64,000 nt of DNA from an uncultured Planctomycetaceae bacterium (GTDB lineage: Bacteria; Planctomycetota; Planctomycetia; Planctomycetales; Planctomycetaceae), in NCBI GenBank assembly GCA_963815195.1, contig CAWFGE010000013.1, forward strand, positions 1,149,031-1,213,030, given 5' to 3'. Positions 23,687 to 33,688 of the stretch are shown here, piece by piece. The notes under the pieces are model-generated. The model saw only the letters and a list, made by a program, of their open reading frames with translations, was not told where the DNA came from and made no database searches. The number at the start of each line of letters is the position of its first letter. Position 1 is the first letter of the stretch. Both the position numbers and the translations under genes were made by a program.

Positions 23687-24697
23687 ATGAAGCGACGCCA
23701 CATTCCCACTCGAAGCCCCGCCGCTCGGCAAGGTTTTACCCTGATCGAGCTCTTGGTGGTGATTGCGATCATTGCAATTCTGATCGCATTGCTCCTCCCG
23801 GCGGTCCAGCAAGCCCGCGAAGCGGCCCGGCGGTCCACCTGCAAGAACAACATGAAGCAGTTGGGCATCGCCCTCCACAACCACCACGACGTTTATGGAA
23901 ACTTCCCTCCCGGAGCGACCGACGACGACAACCACAATTTCGGCTGGGGAACTTACATTCTGCCGCAAATGGACCAGGCCCCGATCTATAACGGTCTGAA
24001 AAATGGAGGCATGTTTCTTCTGCACAAAGGCGGGATCCCGAAAAATCAATTTCCAAACAGCACCAACACCAATACGGACGGCCATAACGGTCAATTGCGC
24101 ATGGATCAAGGCCCCTTCCAAACCTACACAAAGACGATCCTTCCAGCTTATGTGTGTCCGTCGGATATCCTGCCGGCGGTGAATAACAACGGTTACGCCA
24201 AATCCAACTATTTGGGCAATGCCGGGTCTCGGCGAGATAGCAATTGGAATTCCTGTGCCGCGCAAAAGGGCAACGAACAGACTGGGGTGATCTTGTACGC
24301 CAACGAGAATAACACGACGTGGGTCGTGAAATTTCGCGACATTGTCGACGGCCCCAGCAATACGATTATGGTCGGCGAGGTTTCCGTCACGCGGCACGCC
24401 ACGCTGACGAATATCAGCGACGGGACGTATCCAACGTGGTGCGGCGGCAACAATCACGGCGGCTGCAACGGTTTCCGCCGGCAATCCGCGTGCCGGCTGA
24501 CCAACAACGCGACCTACATCAATCGGCGGGACAACAACGACCTTTCCGATGCCAGTTTCGGCAGCCAGCATGTGGGCGGCGCTCAATTCTGCTTTGCCGA
24601 TGGAGCCGTGCGGTTCCTCAGCGAGAACATCAATACGACCGTGTATATGAATCTCGGTGGCCGAAATGAGGGCAACCCCGTTACCGTTCCGAATTAG
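23687..24697 (+). CDS. DUF1559 prepilin-type N-terminal / H-X9-DG protein
   Basis: [46 protein letters not shown]. Confidence 0.93.
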   Translation: MKRRHIPTRSPAARQGFTLIELLVVIAIIAILIALLLPAVQQAREAARRSTCKNNMKQLGIALHNHHDVYGNFPPGATDDDNHNFGWGTYILPQMDQAPIYNGLKNGGMFLLHKGGIPKNQFPNSTNTNTDGHNGQLRMDQGPFQTYTKTILPAYVCPSDILPAVNNNGYAKSNYLGNAGSRRDSNWNSCAAQKGNEQTGVILYANENNTTWVVKFRDIVDGPSNTIMVGEVSVTRHATLTNISDGTYPTWCGGNNHGGCNGFRRQSACRLTNNATYINRRDNNDLSDASFGSQHVGGAQFCFADGAVRFLSENINTTVYMNLGGRNEGNPVTVPN

Positions 24698-24730
24698 TTT
24701 GGCGTATGTCGACTGCGAACGTCATCAATT

Positions 24731-24770
24731 CAACCCGCTGCCGATGTTCGGCAGCGGGTTGGATTTTTTT
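24731..24770 (+). terminator. Rho-independent terminator
   Basis: CAACCCGCTGCCGA-TGT-TCGGCAGCGGGTTG followed by a T7 tract. Confidence 0.85.
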
Positions 24771-24909
24771 ATGCTTCTTCTCACTGCGATTTCCGTTCGC
24801 CGATTCGAGATCCGTTGCGGTTGCCCTTTGGAGGCGGACTTCAAATAATGTCCGGCGTGCGCTGGATGCGCAGGTCCTCCAACCGATGGCTGAACGACCG
24901 GATCGAATC

Positions 24910-26223
24910 ATGTCTCGACTCAACGTGGCGATTGTGGGCCTGGGAACCGTGGGCGGCGGGGTCGCGAGGATTCTGCTGTCCCATCCCGAACGCATCCGCC
25001 GCCGCGCGGGCCGCGAAATTCACCTCAAACACGCCGTCGTCCGCGATGTCAACCGCCGGCGGGATGTTCCGCTCCCCGACGGCGTGTTGACCGATGACTG
25101 GGAGCGGGTTCGCGACGATCCCGAAGTCGAAGTCGTGGTGCAGTTGGTCGGCGGCACGACGATCGCCCGCGAAATGATGGAGGCCTTTCTCCGCGCGGGG
25201 AAAAACATCGTCACGGCAAACAAGGCGCTCCTCTGCGAAAACGGGCCAGATCTGTTCGCCCTTGCCCGCGAGAACAATCGCACGATCGCGTTCGAGGCGG
25301 CGGTGGCGGGGGGCATTCCGATCATCGCCACCCTCACCCAGTCCATGACCGCCAACCAGATCACCTCGCTCGAAGCGATTTTGAACGGGACCAGCAATTT
25401 CATTCTCACCGAGATGCTCGCGTCGGGGCGGGCTTACGAGGACGTCCTGAAGCAAGCCCAGGCGTTGGGCTATGCCGAGGCCGACCCCTCGATGGACGTG
25501 GACGGCACCGATGCCGCGCAGAAGCTGGTCCTGCTCGCGCAGCTCGCGTATGGGAAACGGGTTTCGCTCGACGAGTTTCCCCGGCAGGGCATCGATACGC
25601 TCGAGTTGGCGGATTTGATCTTCGCCCAAGAGTTGGGGTACATCGTCAAGCTGCTCGCGGTGGCGAAGCTGGTGGACGGGCAACTCGAAATGCACGTGCA
25701 GCCCACGCTGGTCCGCTCGGATCGCCCGCTGGCCCGCACCCAAGGAGCGTTCAATATGATCGCCTTGGAAGGCGACGCGGTGGGGCCCACGTGGTACGCC
25801 GGCGCGGGAGCCGGGCAGATGGCGACGGCCTCGGCGGTGGTGGCGGATTTGATCGACACCGCGGCCGGCCGCACGGCTCTGTCCTTCCCAAAATTGGACG
25901 TGTGGGACAGCGGCTCCGCGCTCGCCGTGCAGCCGCCGGAGGACTTCGCCAGCCGGTATTATTTGCGGTTCAACGTGGAAGACCGGCCGCACGTGTTCGC
26001 CGACATTGCGGACATCTTGGGCCGGCATCAGATCAGCCTGGCTTCGATCATTCAGCACGAATCCCCGGAACCCGACGCCGAGATCCCAGGGGCCCATGCC
26101 GTGGTCCCCGTGGTCGTGATGACCCACCGCACCCGCCGCGGCCAGATTCAACAGGCGAACGCGGAACTCAACCGGCTCGAAACCCTGCGTCCGCCGCTGG
26201 TTATGCTTCCCGTTGCCGATTAG
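24910..26223 (+). CDS. hom: Homoserine dehydrogenase with C-terminal ACT domain
   Basis: GLGTVGGG, VTANKA, FEAAVAGGIP, NGTSNFIL, GYAEADP, DAAQKL. Confidence 0.93.
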   Translation: MSRLNVAIVGLGTVGGGVARILLSHPERIRRRAGREIHLKHAVVRDVNRRRDVPLPDGVLTDDWERVRDDPEVEVVVQLVGGTTIAREMMEAFLRAGKNIVTANKALLCENGPDLFALARENNRTIAFEAAVAGGIPIIATLTQSMTANQITSLEAILNGTSNFILTEMLASGRAYEDVLKQAQALGYAEADPSMDVDGTDAAQKLVLLAQLAYGKRVSLDEFPRQGIDTLELADLIFAQELGYIVKLLAVAKLVDGQLEMHVQPTLVRSDRPLARTQGAFNMIALEGDAVGPTWYAGAGAGQMATASAVVADLIDTAAGRTALSFPKLDVWDSGSALAVQPPEDFASRYYLRFNVEDRPHVFADIADILGRHQISLASIIQHESPEPDAEIPGAHAVVPVVVMTHRTRRGQIQQANAELNRLETLRPPLVMLPVAD

Positions 26224-27116
26224 CGAATTGACGATGAGCCCACCCGCGGATTCCACCGATTTCGAAAACCGCATCGCAATGGTCACCGGCGCAAATGCGG
26301 GCATCGGCCGCGAGACGGTGCGCGGCCTGGCAATCGCAGGGATGCGCGTGGTCCTCGTCTGCCGAAACCGCGAACGCGGCGAAGAGGCAATCGCGGATGT
26401 CCGAAAAGACACCGGCAACGACCGGCTGACTTTACTGCGCGCCGATCTCTCGTCGCAGGCGTCGATTCGCAACCTGGTCAAAACCTACTTGAGTGAGTTC
26501 TCCGAACTGCACGTGCTCATCAACAACGCCGCCGTCATTTCCGAGACGCGGGAACTTACGGAGGATGGCATCGAAAAACAGTTCGCCGTCAACCACCTGG
26601 CCCCGTTTTTATTGACCCGCCTGCTCTTGGACGTGTTGAAGCAAAGTGCCCCCGCGCGGATCATCAATGTCTCTTCGCAAATGCACCAGCGGACGGATTG
26701 GGACTTCGGAAATCTGCAAGGCGAAAAAGATTACCACCCCCGGCGGGTCTATGCCCAAACCAAACTCGCGAATGTGCTGTTCACGAAGGAACTCGCCCGC
26801 CGGCTGGAGGGGACGGGCGTGACGGCGAATGCACTGCACCCCGGCACCGTCGCCACGGGATTGTTCGGCCGGTTTTTGGGATTGCCGCGCTGGCTGCGGT
26901 TTTTATCCGACTGGTATGGCATCAGCCCCGAGCGCGGGGCCGAGACTTCGATCTATCTGGCGACTTCGCCGGAAGTGGCTCAGACGACGGGCGAGTACTT
27001 TCGCAACTGCCGACCCTCTCCGTGCAATCCGCTGGCCGAGGACAAACAGACTCGCCGCCCGGTTGTGGGACCGGAGCGAAAAACTGACCGGCCTTTCCCA
27101 TGCGACTGCGGAATAA
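26213..27116 (+). CDS. SDR oxidoreductase (retinol-dehydrogenase-like), frameshifted near 27050
   Basis: TGANAGIG, NNAA, YAQTKLAN, HPGTVAT; LAARLWDRSEKL C-terminus in a shifted frame. Confidence 0.88.
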
Positions 27117-27240
27117 CCATTTCCGACATCTCAGGCTTGCTTGGTGTCGCTCGCAGTTTTCGGATAAGCTACTTTGCATCGACGAGGCGGTTTTTCGATT
27201 CGATTCTTCTATTGAAGCTCCCAAGCACAGGACAGAACAC

Positions 27241-28929
27241 ATGCGCGACAGGTCCCTCAAAAAGGCGTGGGCTGACTCTCGGCTCGCAGTGGTCGTTTTT
27301 GTCGTGATGTTCCATTCGCTGGCGGCCGTCGGCTGGACGGAAGACAATGTCAACCTGGGTACGGTGCGCGAGGAACATCTGATGATCCCGATGCGCGATG
27401 GGAAACGCCTCTCCGCCTATGTGTATTTCCCGCCGGGACCGGGGCCTTGGCCGGTGGTTTTTCAGCAGCGTTATGCCAGCCTTCGCGGCAAGGGAACCCG
27501 CGAAGCCGCCGCCGAACTGGCGAAGGCGGGGTTTGTCGTGGCGATGGTCAATTTCCGCGGGACGCATGAATCCGAGGGGACCTGGGTCGGCTACCGGGCT
27601 TTGCAATGGGGCGAGCTGAAAGACGGCTACGACGTTTGCGAATGGTTCGCGGCGCAGAATTGGAGCACCGGCAAAGTCGGCACGTTCGGGGGCTCGCAGG
27701 GCGGGTATGCCCAGAATTATCTGGCCGTCACGCAGCCGCCGCATCTCGTGTGCCAGTATATGACCGATACCGGATTGAGCCTGTTTCAGGAAGGCTACCG
27801 CATCGGCGGCACCACACGCCCGGAACGGTTTAAGGGGATGGACGGCGTGTGCCGGAATCCAGAGGACAATCGCCGCTTGCTCGCCGAGTGGTTCGAGCAT
27901 CCCGATTACGATGCCTATTGGCAGGCCGAGGATTGCACGAGGCACTTCGACAAGATGAACGTGCCCTGTTTCACCATCGGCAGTTGGTACGACTTTATGA
28001 ACCAGGGATCGATCGCCAGCTTCCAGGGTCGGCAGCACCAGGGCGGTCCCAAGTCGCGCGGCCGGCAGCAACTCGTCATCGGGCCTTGGCTGCATGGCGG
28101 GCGGAAAACGAACCGCATCGGCGATCTGACTTATCCCGAGAACGCAAATTGGCCCGTGGCGGACCACATGGTGCGCTGGTTCAATCATTATCTCCAAGGC
28201 AGAGACAACGGCGTCGAGAAGGAACCCGCGGTCCGGTATTACGTCATGGGAGCCGCGGACGATCCCCAGGCTCCGGGAAACGTGTGGCGGTCGGCCGCGG
28301 ATTTCCCGCCGCCTTCCACGCCGACGCCGCTTTATTTGCAGGCGGGTGGCAAGCTCTCGGCGTCTGCCTCTGCGGAACCGGAAAGTTCCACGAGCTACGT
28401 CAGCGATCCGCGACATCCCATGAAGATTCCCGGCCGGGCATTCCCCGGCGCGAAAGATGCGCGGGAGTTCGAGCAGCAATCGGAAGTCCGCACGTTTACG
28501 ACCGAGCCACTCAAATCGCCCGTCGAATGGACCGGCCGCGTCCAGGCGGAAATCTATCTTTCCTCGACCGCGCGGGACACCGATTTGATCGTCCGCATCA
28601 GCGATGTGTATCCCGATGGGCGGTCCATTCTGATCGTCGATTACCCCTGGCGGGTGCGGTATCGGGAAGGCTTCGACCATCAGGTGCTGATGGAGCCCGG
28701 CGAAGTTTGCAAGGTCGCGTTTCCCGTCGGCTGGATGAGCCAGATTTTTAACACAGGCCACCGCATCCGCGTGACGATCTCCAGCACCGGGGCTCCGCTT
28801 TACGAGCCGAACTCGCAGACCGGCAAACCATTGACCATCGCGTTTCCCGACGATGCCTTGAAAGCGGTGAATACGATCCACCACGATCGCGGGCACGCCT
28901 CGCGGATCCTGGCCCCGATCCCAAAATAG
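27241..28929 (+). CDS. CocE/NonD family serine hydrolase
   Basis: IPMRDGKRL, GKVGTFGGSQGG nucleophile elbow, IGPWLHG, GHRIRVTISS. Confidence 0.88.
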   Translation: MRDRSLKKAWADSRLAVVVFVVMFHSLAAVGWTEDNVNLGTVREEHLMIPMRDGKRLSAYVYFPPGPGPWPVVFQQRYASLRGKGTREAAAELAKAGFVVAMVNFRGTHESEGTWVGYRALQWGELKDGYDVCEWFAAQNWSTGKVGTFGGSQGGYAQNYLAVTQPPHLVCQYMTDTGLSLFQEGYRIGGTTRPERFKGMDGVCRNPEDNRRLLAEWFEHPDYDAYWQAEDCTRHFDKMNVPCFTIGSWYDFMNQGSIASFQGRQHQGGPKSRGRQQLVIGPWLHGGRKTNRIGDLTYPENANWPVADHMVRWFNHYLQGRDNGVEKEPAVRYYVMGAADDPQAPGNVWRSAADFPPPSTPTPLYLQAGGKLSASASAEPESSTSYVSDPRHPMKIPGRAFPGAKDAREFEQQSEVRTFTTEPLKSPVEWTGRVQAEIYLSSTARDTDLIVRISDVYPDGRSILIVDYPWRVRYREGFDHQVLMEPGEVCKVAFPVGWMSQIFNTGHRIRVTISSTGAPLYEPNSQTGKPLTIAFPDDALKAVNTIHHDRGHASRILAPIPK

Positions 28930-28968
28930 GTGATCTTGCCACTTAGGACACGGTCAGGAATGATGCGG

Positions 28969-30810
28969 ATGGGGTATAAAACCCTGAGACAATGCGTGGA
29001 GGACTTGGAGCGGCACGGGCAGTTGGTGCGGATCGCGTCGGAGGTCGATCCCCATCTGGAAGCCGCGGAAATCCAGCGGCGAGTCTACCAAGCCCAGGGG
29101 CCGGCGGTCTTTTATGAGCGCGTCAAAGGCTGCCGGTTTCCGCTGGTCTCGAACCTCTTCGGCACCCGCGAGCGGACGCGGTTTTTGTTCCGCGATGCGC
29201 TCCGGGCGGTTCGGCATCTCGTGGAGATGAAGATCGATCCCGCGGCGTTCTGGAAAAGCCCGTTCAAATACCGGGACGTGCCGCGAAGTTTACTGCACAT
29301 GCTGCCGCGAACCTGCCGGCGCGGTCCGGTGCTTCGGCATCAAACGACCATCGACCAACTCCCGCAATTTGTGAGTTGGCCGGGCGACGGCGGGGCGTTT
29401 ATCACGCTGCCCGAAGTTTATACCGAACATCCCGACAAGCCCGGGCTCATGAATTCCAACCTGGGCATGTACCGCGTGCAGCTTTCGGGCGGCGAGTACG
29501 CGGCGAATCGGCAGATCGGAATGCATTATCAAATCCATCGCAGCATCGGCGTGCACCACGCGGCCGCGATCCGGCGGGGCGAACGGCTGCCGGTGAATGT
29601 CTTCGTCGGCGGCACGCCCGCGATGATCCTCGCCGCCGTCATGCCTTTGCCCGAAGGGTTTTCGGAACTCACCTTCGCCGGCGCCTTGGGCCGGCGGGCG
29701 ATTCGGATGATCAAAGGCCAAAGCGGATTGCCGATCTATGCCGAGGCGGATTTTTGCATCGCGGGCTGGATCGATCCCGAAAACACCTTGCCCGAAGGTC
29801 CGTTCGGCGATCACCTGGGCTATTACAGCAACGTGCACGATTTCCCGGTGATGGAAGTCGAGACGGTGTATCACCGCGAAGGCGCGATCTGGCCGTTTAC
29901 GGTCGTGGGCCGGCCGCCGCAGGAGGACACTTCGTTCGGGGAACTCATTCACGAACTCACCGGTCCGGTCATTCCCACCGTGGTGCCGGGCGTGCGGGGC
30001 GTGCATGCCGTGGACGCGGCGGGCGTGCATCCGCTGCTTCTCGCGATCGGCAGCGAACGCTATGTGCCCTATGCGCGCGAGCGCCGGCCGCAGGAACTCT
30101 TGACCGAAGCCCACGCGATTTTGGGGCAAGGCCAGTTGTCGCTCGCCAAGTATCTGCTGATCGTCGCGGAGGAAGACAATCCCGAATTGGACATCGAAGA
30201 CATCGCTGCGTTCTTTCGGCATGTGTTGGAGCGGGTGGATTGGCGGCGGGATTTGCACTTTCAGACCGAGACCACAATCGACACTTTGGATTATTCGGGT
30301 ACGGGATTGAATGCGGGATCGAAAGTCATCCTCGCCGCCGCGGGTGCGAAACGCCGCGATTTGCCGACGATGCTGTCTTCCGGTGCCGATTTGCCGGACG
30401 GATTTCGCGAACTGAAAGTGGCGCTTCCGGGCGTGCTGGTGATCGAAGCCCCGGCCTTTTCGCAATCCAAGAACGAAATCGAACCGCACGTCACGCGGCT
30501 GATTTCGGGCGTGTCCTCGGAGCATCCGCTGTGCGAGTTTCCGCTGTGGGTGCTCGCCGACGATGCGGAGTTCGCCGCGCGGACGGCAGGCAACTTTTTG
30601 TGGGTCACATTCACGCGGTCGAACCCGGCGGCGGACCTCCACGGAATCGGGGCTTTCGTCCATCAAAAACATTGGGGCTGCCGAGGCCCGTTAATCATCG
30701 ATGCCCGCATCAAACCGCACCACGCTGCGCCGTTGGTGGAAGATCCCGCGGTGACGAAACGGGTCGACGGACTCGCCGCCCCGGGCGGTCCGCTTCACGG
30801 GATCCTTTAA
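28969..30810 (+). CDS. UbiD family (prFMN-dependent) decarboxylase
   Basis: NLFGT, NLGMYRVQ, EGPFGDHLGYY, GRPPQED, DTLDYS. Confidence 0.9.
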   Translation: MGYKTLRQCVEDLERHGQLVRIASEVDPHLEAAEIQRRVYQAQGPAVFYERVKGCRFPLVSNLFGTRERTRFLFRDALRAVRHLVEMKIDPAAFWKSPFKYRDVPRSLLHMLPRTCRRGPVLRHQTTIDQLPQFVSWPGDGGAFITLPEVYTEHPDKPGLMNSNLGMYRVQLSGGEYAANRQIGMHYQIHRSIGVHHAAAIRRGERLPVNVFVGGTPAMILAAVMPLPEGFSELTFAGALGRRAIRMIKGQSGLPIYAEADFCIAGWIDPENTLPEGPFGDHLGYYSNVHDFPVMEVETVYHREGAIWPFTVVGRPPQEDTSFGELIHELTGPVIPTVVPGVRGVHAVDAAGVHPLLLAIGSERYVPYARERRPQELLTEAHAILGQGQLSLAKYLLIVAEEDNPELDIEDIAAFFRHVLERVDWRRDLHFQTETTIDTLDYSGTGLNAGSKVILAAAGAKRRDLPTMLSSGADLPDGFRELKVALPGVLVIEAPAFSQSKNEIEPHVTRLISGVSSEHPLCEFPLWVLADDAEFAARTAGNFLWVTFTRSNPAADLHGIGAFVHQKHWGCRGPLIIDARIKPHHAAPLVEDPAVTKRVDGLAAPGGPLHGIL

Positions 30811-30875
30811 GGCGTCCTTTCGCAAAAGGAAAGAGACTTGGGTGGCAGGCCCTGAGGAACGAAGGGCGTGGTCTT

Positions 30876-31325
30876 CGCCCTTCGCTGCGCTCAGGGACGT
30901 GCCACCCACGCATGACTAACTTCTCAAATTAATCGTAAGCGGTTGGGTGGCTAGGGCGCAAGTTCCCCTTTGAATAAGGCTTGAATTGCGAATGCTGGGG
31001 CTGTGGCCGGGCGAGAAAAACTTTGCACGGCCCCAGGCCTCAGAGTTCCTTTTTCCTCGGAACCTTCCTTAGCGCCCCAGCCACCCCGCCGCCGCCACGC
31101 CCTTCGCCACGCCCTTCGCTGCGCTCAGGGACGTGCCACCCACGCATGACTAACTTCTCAAATTAATCGTAAGCGGTTGGGTGGCTGGGGCGCAAGTTCC
31201 CCTTTGAATAAGGCTTGAATTGCGAATGCTGGGGCTGTGGCCGGGCGAGAAAAACTTTGCACGGCCCCAGGCCTCAGAGTTCCTTTTTCCTCGGAACCTT
31301 CCTTAGCGCCCCAGCCACCCCGCCG
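30876..31325. repeat. Tandem direct repeat, two ~216-bp copies (period 234), each containing a ~145-bp element with terminal inverted repeats
   Basis: 30876-31091 versus 31110-31325, one visible mismatch (CTAGGG/CTGGGG); internal IR GGGTGGCTGGGGCGC...GCGCCCCAGCCACCC. Confidence 0.9.
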
Positions 31326-31347
31326 AATCAGGGGGTTCTCTAATCCA

Positions 31348-32940
31348 TCAGCCGAGTTTGTCCAGCGCCTGTTTCAAGGGTTCGCCTTGTTTCGGGTTGA
31401 CCATGTGGATGTAGGCGATCATGCCGCGGACCCAGCCTTCGAAGTGCGGCCGGCCTTCGCGGTTCTGGCTTTCCAGGCCTTCAAACTGGGCGCGATGCAG
31501 AATCGCCCGCAGCCGGCGGACCAGTTTCCGCGGCACGCTGGGATGTTCGTTGACGACGATCCCCGTCACCATTTGGGCGGTGTGCGGGCAGTGCACGCGG
31601 GTTTTCTTCTGGTTGATCCGAAAGCCCTCGTCCTCGGCGATGTGCCGGATTTTCGCGAGCAGCCAGCCGATCTTTTCCGCCACCTCGCCGCTGCCTGAGA
31701 ACGTGATGTCGTCCGCATACCGCGTATACCGGCTGTCCAGTTTTTCCGCGAGCCCCGTGAGGCGTTTGTCGAGTTTCCAGGCGACGAGATTGCTGATCGC
31801 CGGACTCGTGCACGCGCCCTGCGGCAGCGACCGCGGCCCGGTGGCGACGTGGAATTTCGTGCCGGCCAGGAGCACCGACCGGCGCGGGCATTCGGTGGTC
31901 AACAGGGCCAAGATCGTGGCGACCGCGGGCGAGTAACCGATCCGCCGAAAGAATCCCATCACGCGGGGAAAGGTGATCGAGGGGAAAAACTCTTCCAGAT
32001 CGCAATTCACGACCGCGGACTGATGGGTGTGAAGCTTCGCCCCGGTGACGGTCGAGCGCCCGGCGACAAACCCGTGGGCCGCGGCGTGCACGGGGATGTT
32101 TTTTAGGATGTTCGCGAGAATCCAGCGCTGGCAGCGGTCCATCTCGCGGTGCGGCTTGGCGAGTTCGCGGAGCCCGCCGCTCTTTTTGGGCACGCTGAAG
32201 CGAATGTAATGCGTCCGCGCCGAGGCCACGTTATGAAATGCCAGCCATCTTAACCGGGGAATCGAAACGTCGAGCGCCTTCGCCAGATCGCCTGGCGTCG
32301 CCAGCACCGGGAGGCCGAACTTTTGCAGCGATTCCACGTTCGCCCGGCGGTCGGCAAGGCCCTTGGAAACGCCTCGGCCGAGAAAAATAATGTCCGCCTG
32401 ACGCCGCTCCGCGATTTCCGCCTGCCGCTGCCTTCTTCGCTCGGCGGCTTCGGCTTTTTTTTGCTGCTTGAGGTCGGCCCGGGCCTCTTTTGTTTGTTCG
32501 AGCACGCGGTTCGCGCGGTGGGCGACGTGGCGCATCGTCGGGCGGACGGCGTCCATCTCCGCACCGATTTCGTGGATGTCCTCCAACTCTTCCGGCGTGA
32601 TGAAACCGTGCGTGACCATCGCCCGGTCGATCAATCGCGTCCGCGGATCGTCCGGCGGCGGAATCAAATCCTGCCGACCAAACCAGGGGTTCATCCAGCC
32701 GAGTTGGTCGGCCTCGGCATGCATCTCCGCGTGGGACATCGTCGTGTATTGGCCCACGTCATAAGCTTCCGGCGGGATGATCCCCACGGGTTCAACGCGA
32801 ACGGCTGGTGATTCCGCGGCGGGGGACGGCTTCTCGGGCGGCCAGCTTTCCGTGGGCGCCTGATGCGGTTCGAGCGGTTGATAGGGTTTGGCGGGCTCCG
32901 CCGGGCTGAACAAGGAGAGCAACCAATTGAAGAATCTCAT
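31348..32940 (-). CDS. Retron-type reverse transcriptase (530 aa) with long N-terminal extension
   Basis: VPKKSGGLREL, AAHGFVAGRS, DLEEFFPSI, LPQGACTSPAISN, YTRYADD, retron region-Y VTGIVVN; GAGG upstream of the ATG at 32940. Confidence 0.92.
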   Translation of the reverse strand: MRFFNWLLSLFSPAEPAKPYQPLEPHQAPTESWPPEKPSPAAESPAVRVEPVGIIPPEAYDVGQYTTMSHAEMHAEADQLGWMNPWFGRQDLIPPPDDPRTRLIDRAMVTHGFITPEELEDIHEIGAEMDAVRPTMRHVAHRANRVLEQTKEARADLKQQKKAEAAERRRQRQAEIAERRQADIIFLGRGVSKGLADRRANVESLQKFGLPVLATPGDLAKALDVSIPRLRWLAFHNVASARTHYIRFSVPKKSGGLRELAKPHREMDRCQRWILANILKNIPVHAAAHGFVAGRSTVTGAKLHTHQSAVVNCDLEEFFPSITFPRVMGFFRRIGYSPAVATILALLTTECPRRSVLLAGTKFHVATGPRSLPQGACTSPAISNLVAWKLDKRLTGLAEKLDSRYTRYADDITFSGSGEVAEKIGWLLAKIRHIAEDEGFRINQKKTRVHCPHTAQMVTGIVVNEHPSVPRKLVRRLRAILHRAQFEGLESQNREGRPHFEGWVRGMIAYIHMVNPKQGEPLKQALDKLG

Positions 32941-32983
32941 AACGCCGGCTGTTCCTCGCCTCGCCCGATCCTCTCGGAGGGAA

Positions 32984-33197
32984 AAACACGACCGGCCAAC
33001 TGACTGCGAGCGGCGGACCAAGGTCGTTCACTCAGGCTCCCCGACGTACTGTCACGGGGGGAAGCCTTGGCTTGTCGTGGCCCACGTGACAGTACGTCGG
33101 GGAGCCACACGAACAACGGCCTTGGGGAAGCATGGCAGGGCAAACTCAACCACGGCGGATCGCCGTAGTAAATTGGTCTCAGTTGGCCGGCGTGTTT
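32984..33197 (-). ncRNA. Retron msr-msd non-coding RNA
   Basis: a1/a2 arms 32984-33003 and 33179-33197 (12 bp perfect + 1-nt bulge + 7 bp); unpaired G at 33178 directly after the arm; msr hairpin 33150-33168; 22-bp perfect hairpin 33035-33056/33085-33106; lies directly upstream of the RT. Confidence 0.82.
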
Positions 33198-33252
33198 CCA
33201 AAGTTCAATTTCAGTCGTTACAAAAAAGTTCGGAGAATTGTGTTGGTTTTCT

Positions 33253-33324
33253 TGAGCCGCGCACGTAGTAAGCGGTTTTCAAGATCTCAGAAATCGTAAT
33301 ACCGCTTACTACGTGCGCGGCTCA
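33253..33324. repeat. Intergenic palindrome, same family as 22090-22161
   Basis: TGAGCCGCGCACGTAGTAAGCGGT ... ACCGCTTACTACGTGCGCGGCTCA. Confidence 0.85.
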
Positions 33325-33392
33325 GCCGTTTTTTCGTATGGATTATCGCCATCCGGCCGAGGGATGCAATCGTACTTTTCGAAAGATTGCCC

Positions 33393-33662
33393 TCATCCCT
33401 TCCGGCCGCCTTTTTGCCAGTTGATGCGGTTGTGGGTGAGGATGCCGTTCCGGAGGGCGCACTGCAGGCAGACTTTTTCGTCATCATGCTGCAGATAGAC
33501 TTCGCCGTGCATCAACAAGTGGAAAAAATCCTCGCCGGGCTTTTTGTGAAAGCAGAACTCCTTCTCCCAGTTCTGCTTGACATGCGCGGCCCAGCCCTCG
33601 GGAGCGGACAGATAAGCCCGGACATCGGGGACATCGTCTTCGGTGGGATCTGTTTCGGCCAT
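33393..33662 (-). CDS. Small hypothetical protein (89 aa) with a CxxC motif
   Basis: GAGGTG RBS before MAETDP; CLQC; lies directly after the Ldh gene. Confidence 0.7.
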   Translation of the reverse strand: MAETDPTEDDVPDVRAYLSAPEGWAAHVKQNWEKEFCFHKKPGEDFFHLLMHGEVYLQHDDEKVCLQCALRNGILTHNRINWQKGGRKG

Positions 33663-33688
33663 CACATCACCTCGCAGGAAATAATGTC

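Noticed and set aside
30876..31325. CRISPR array or DGR template/variable repeat next to the RT
   Set aside because: Only two long non-coding copies, no repeat-spacer periodicity, no cas or avd gene, and no pattern of adenine-specific mismatches against a coding target.
31348..32940. Group II intron-encoded RT
   Set aside because: No domain V/VI downstream and no maturase-type C-terminus; PQGACTSP/VTG motifs and the upstream msr-msd fit a retron.
32941..33021. Longer 557-aa RT start given by the ORF track
   Set aside because: It overlaps the ncRNA arm; the ATG at 32940 has a GAGG upstream and is more plausible.
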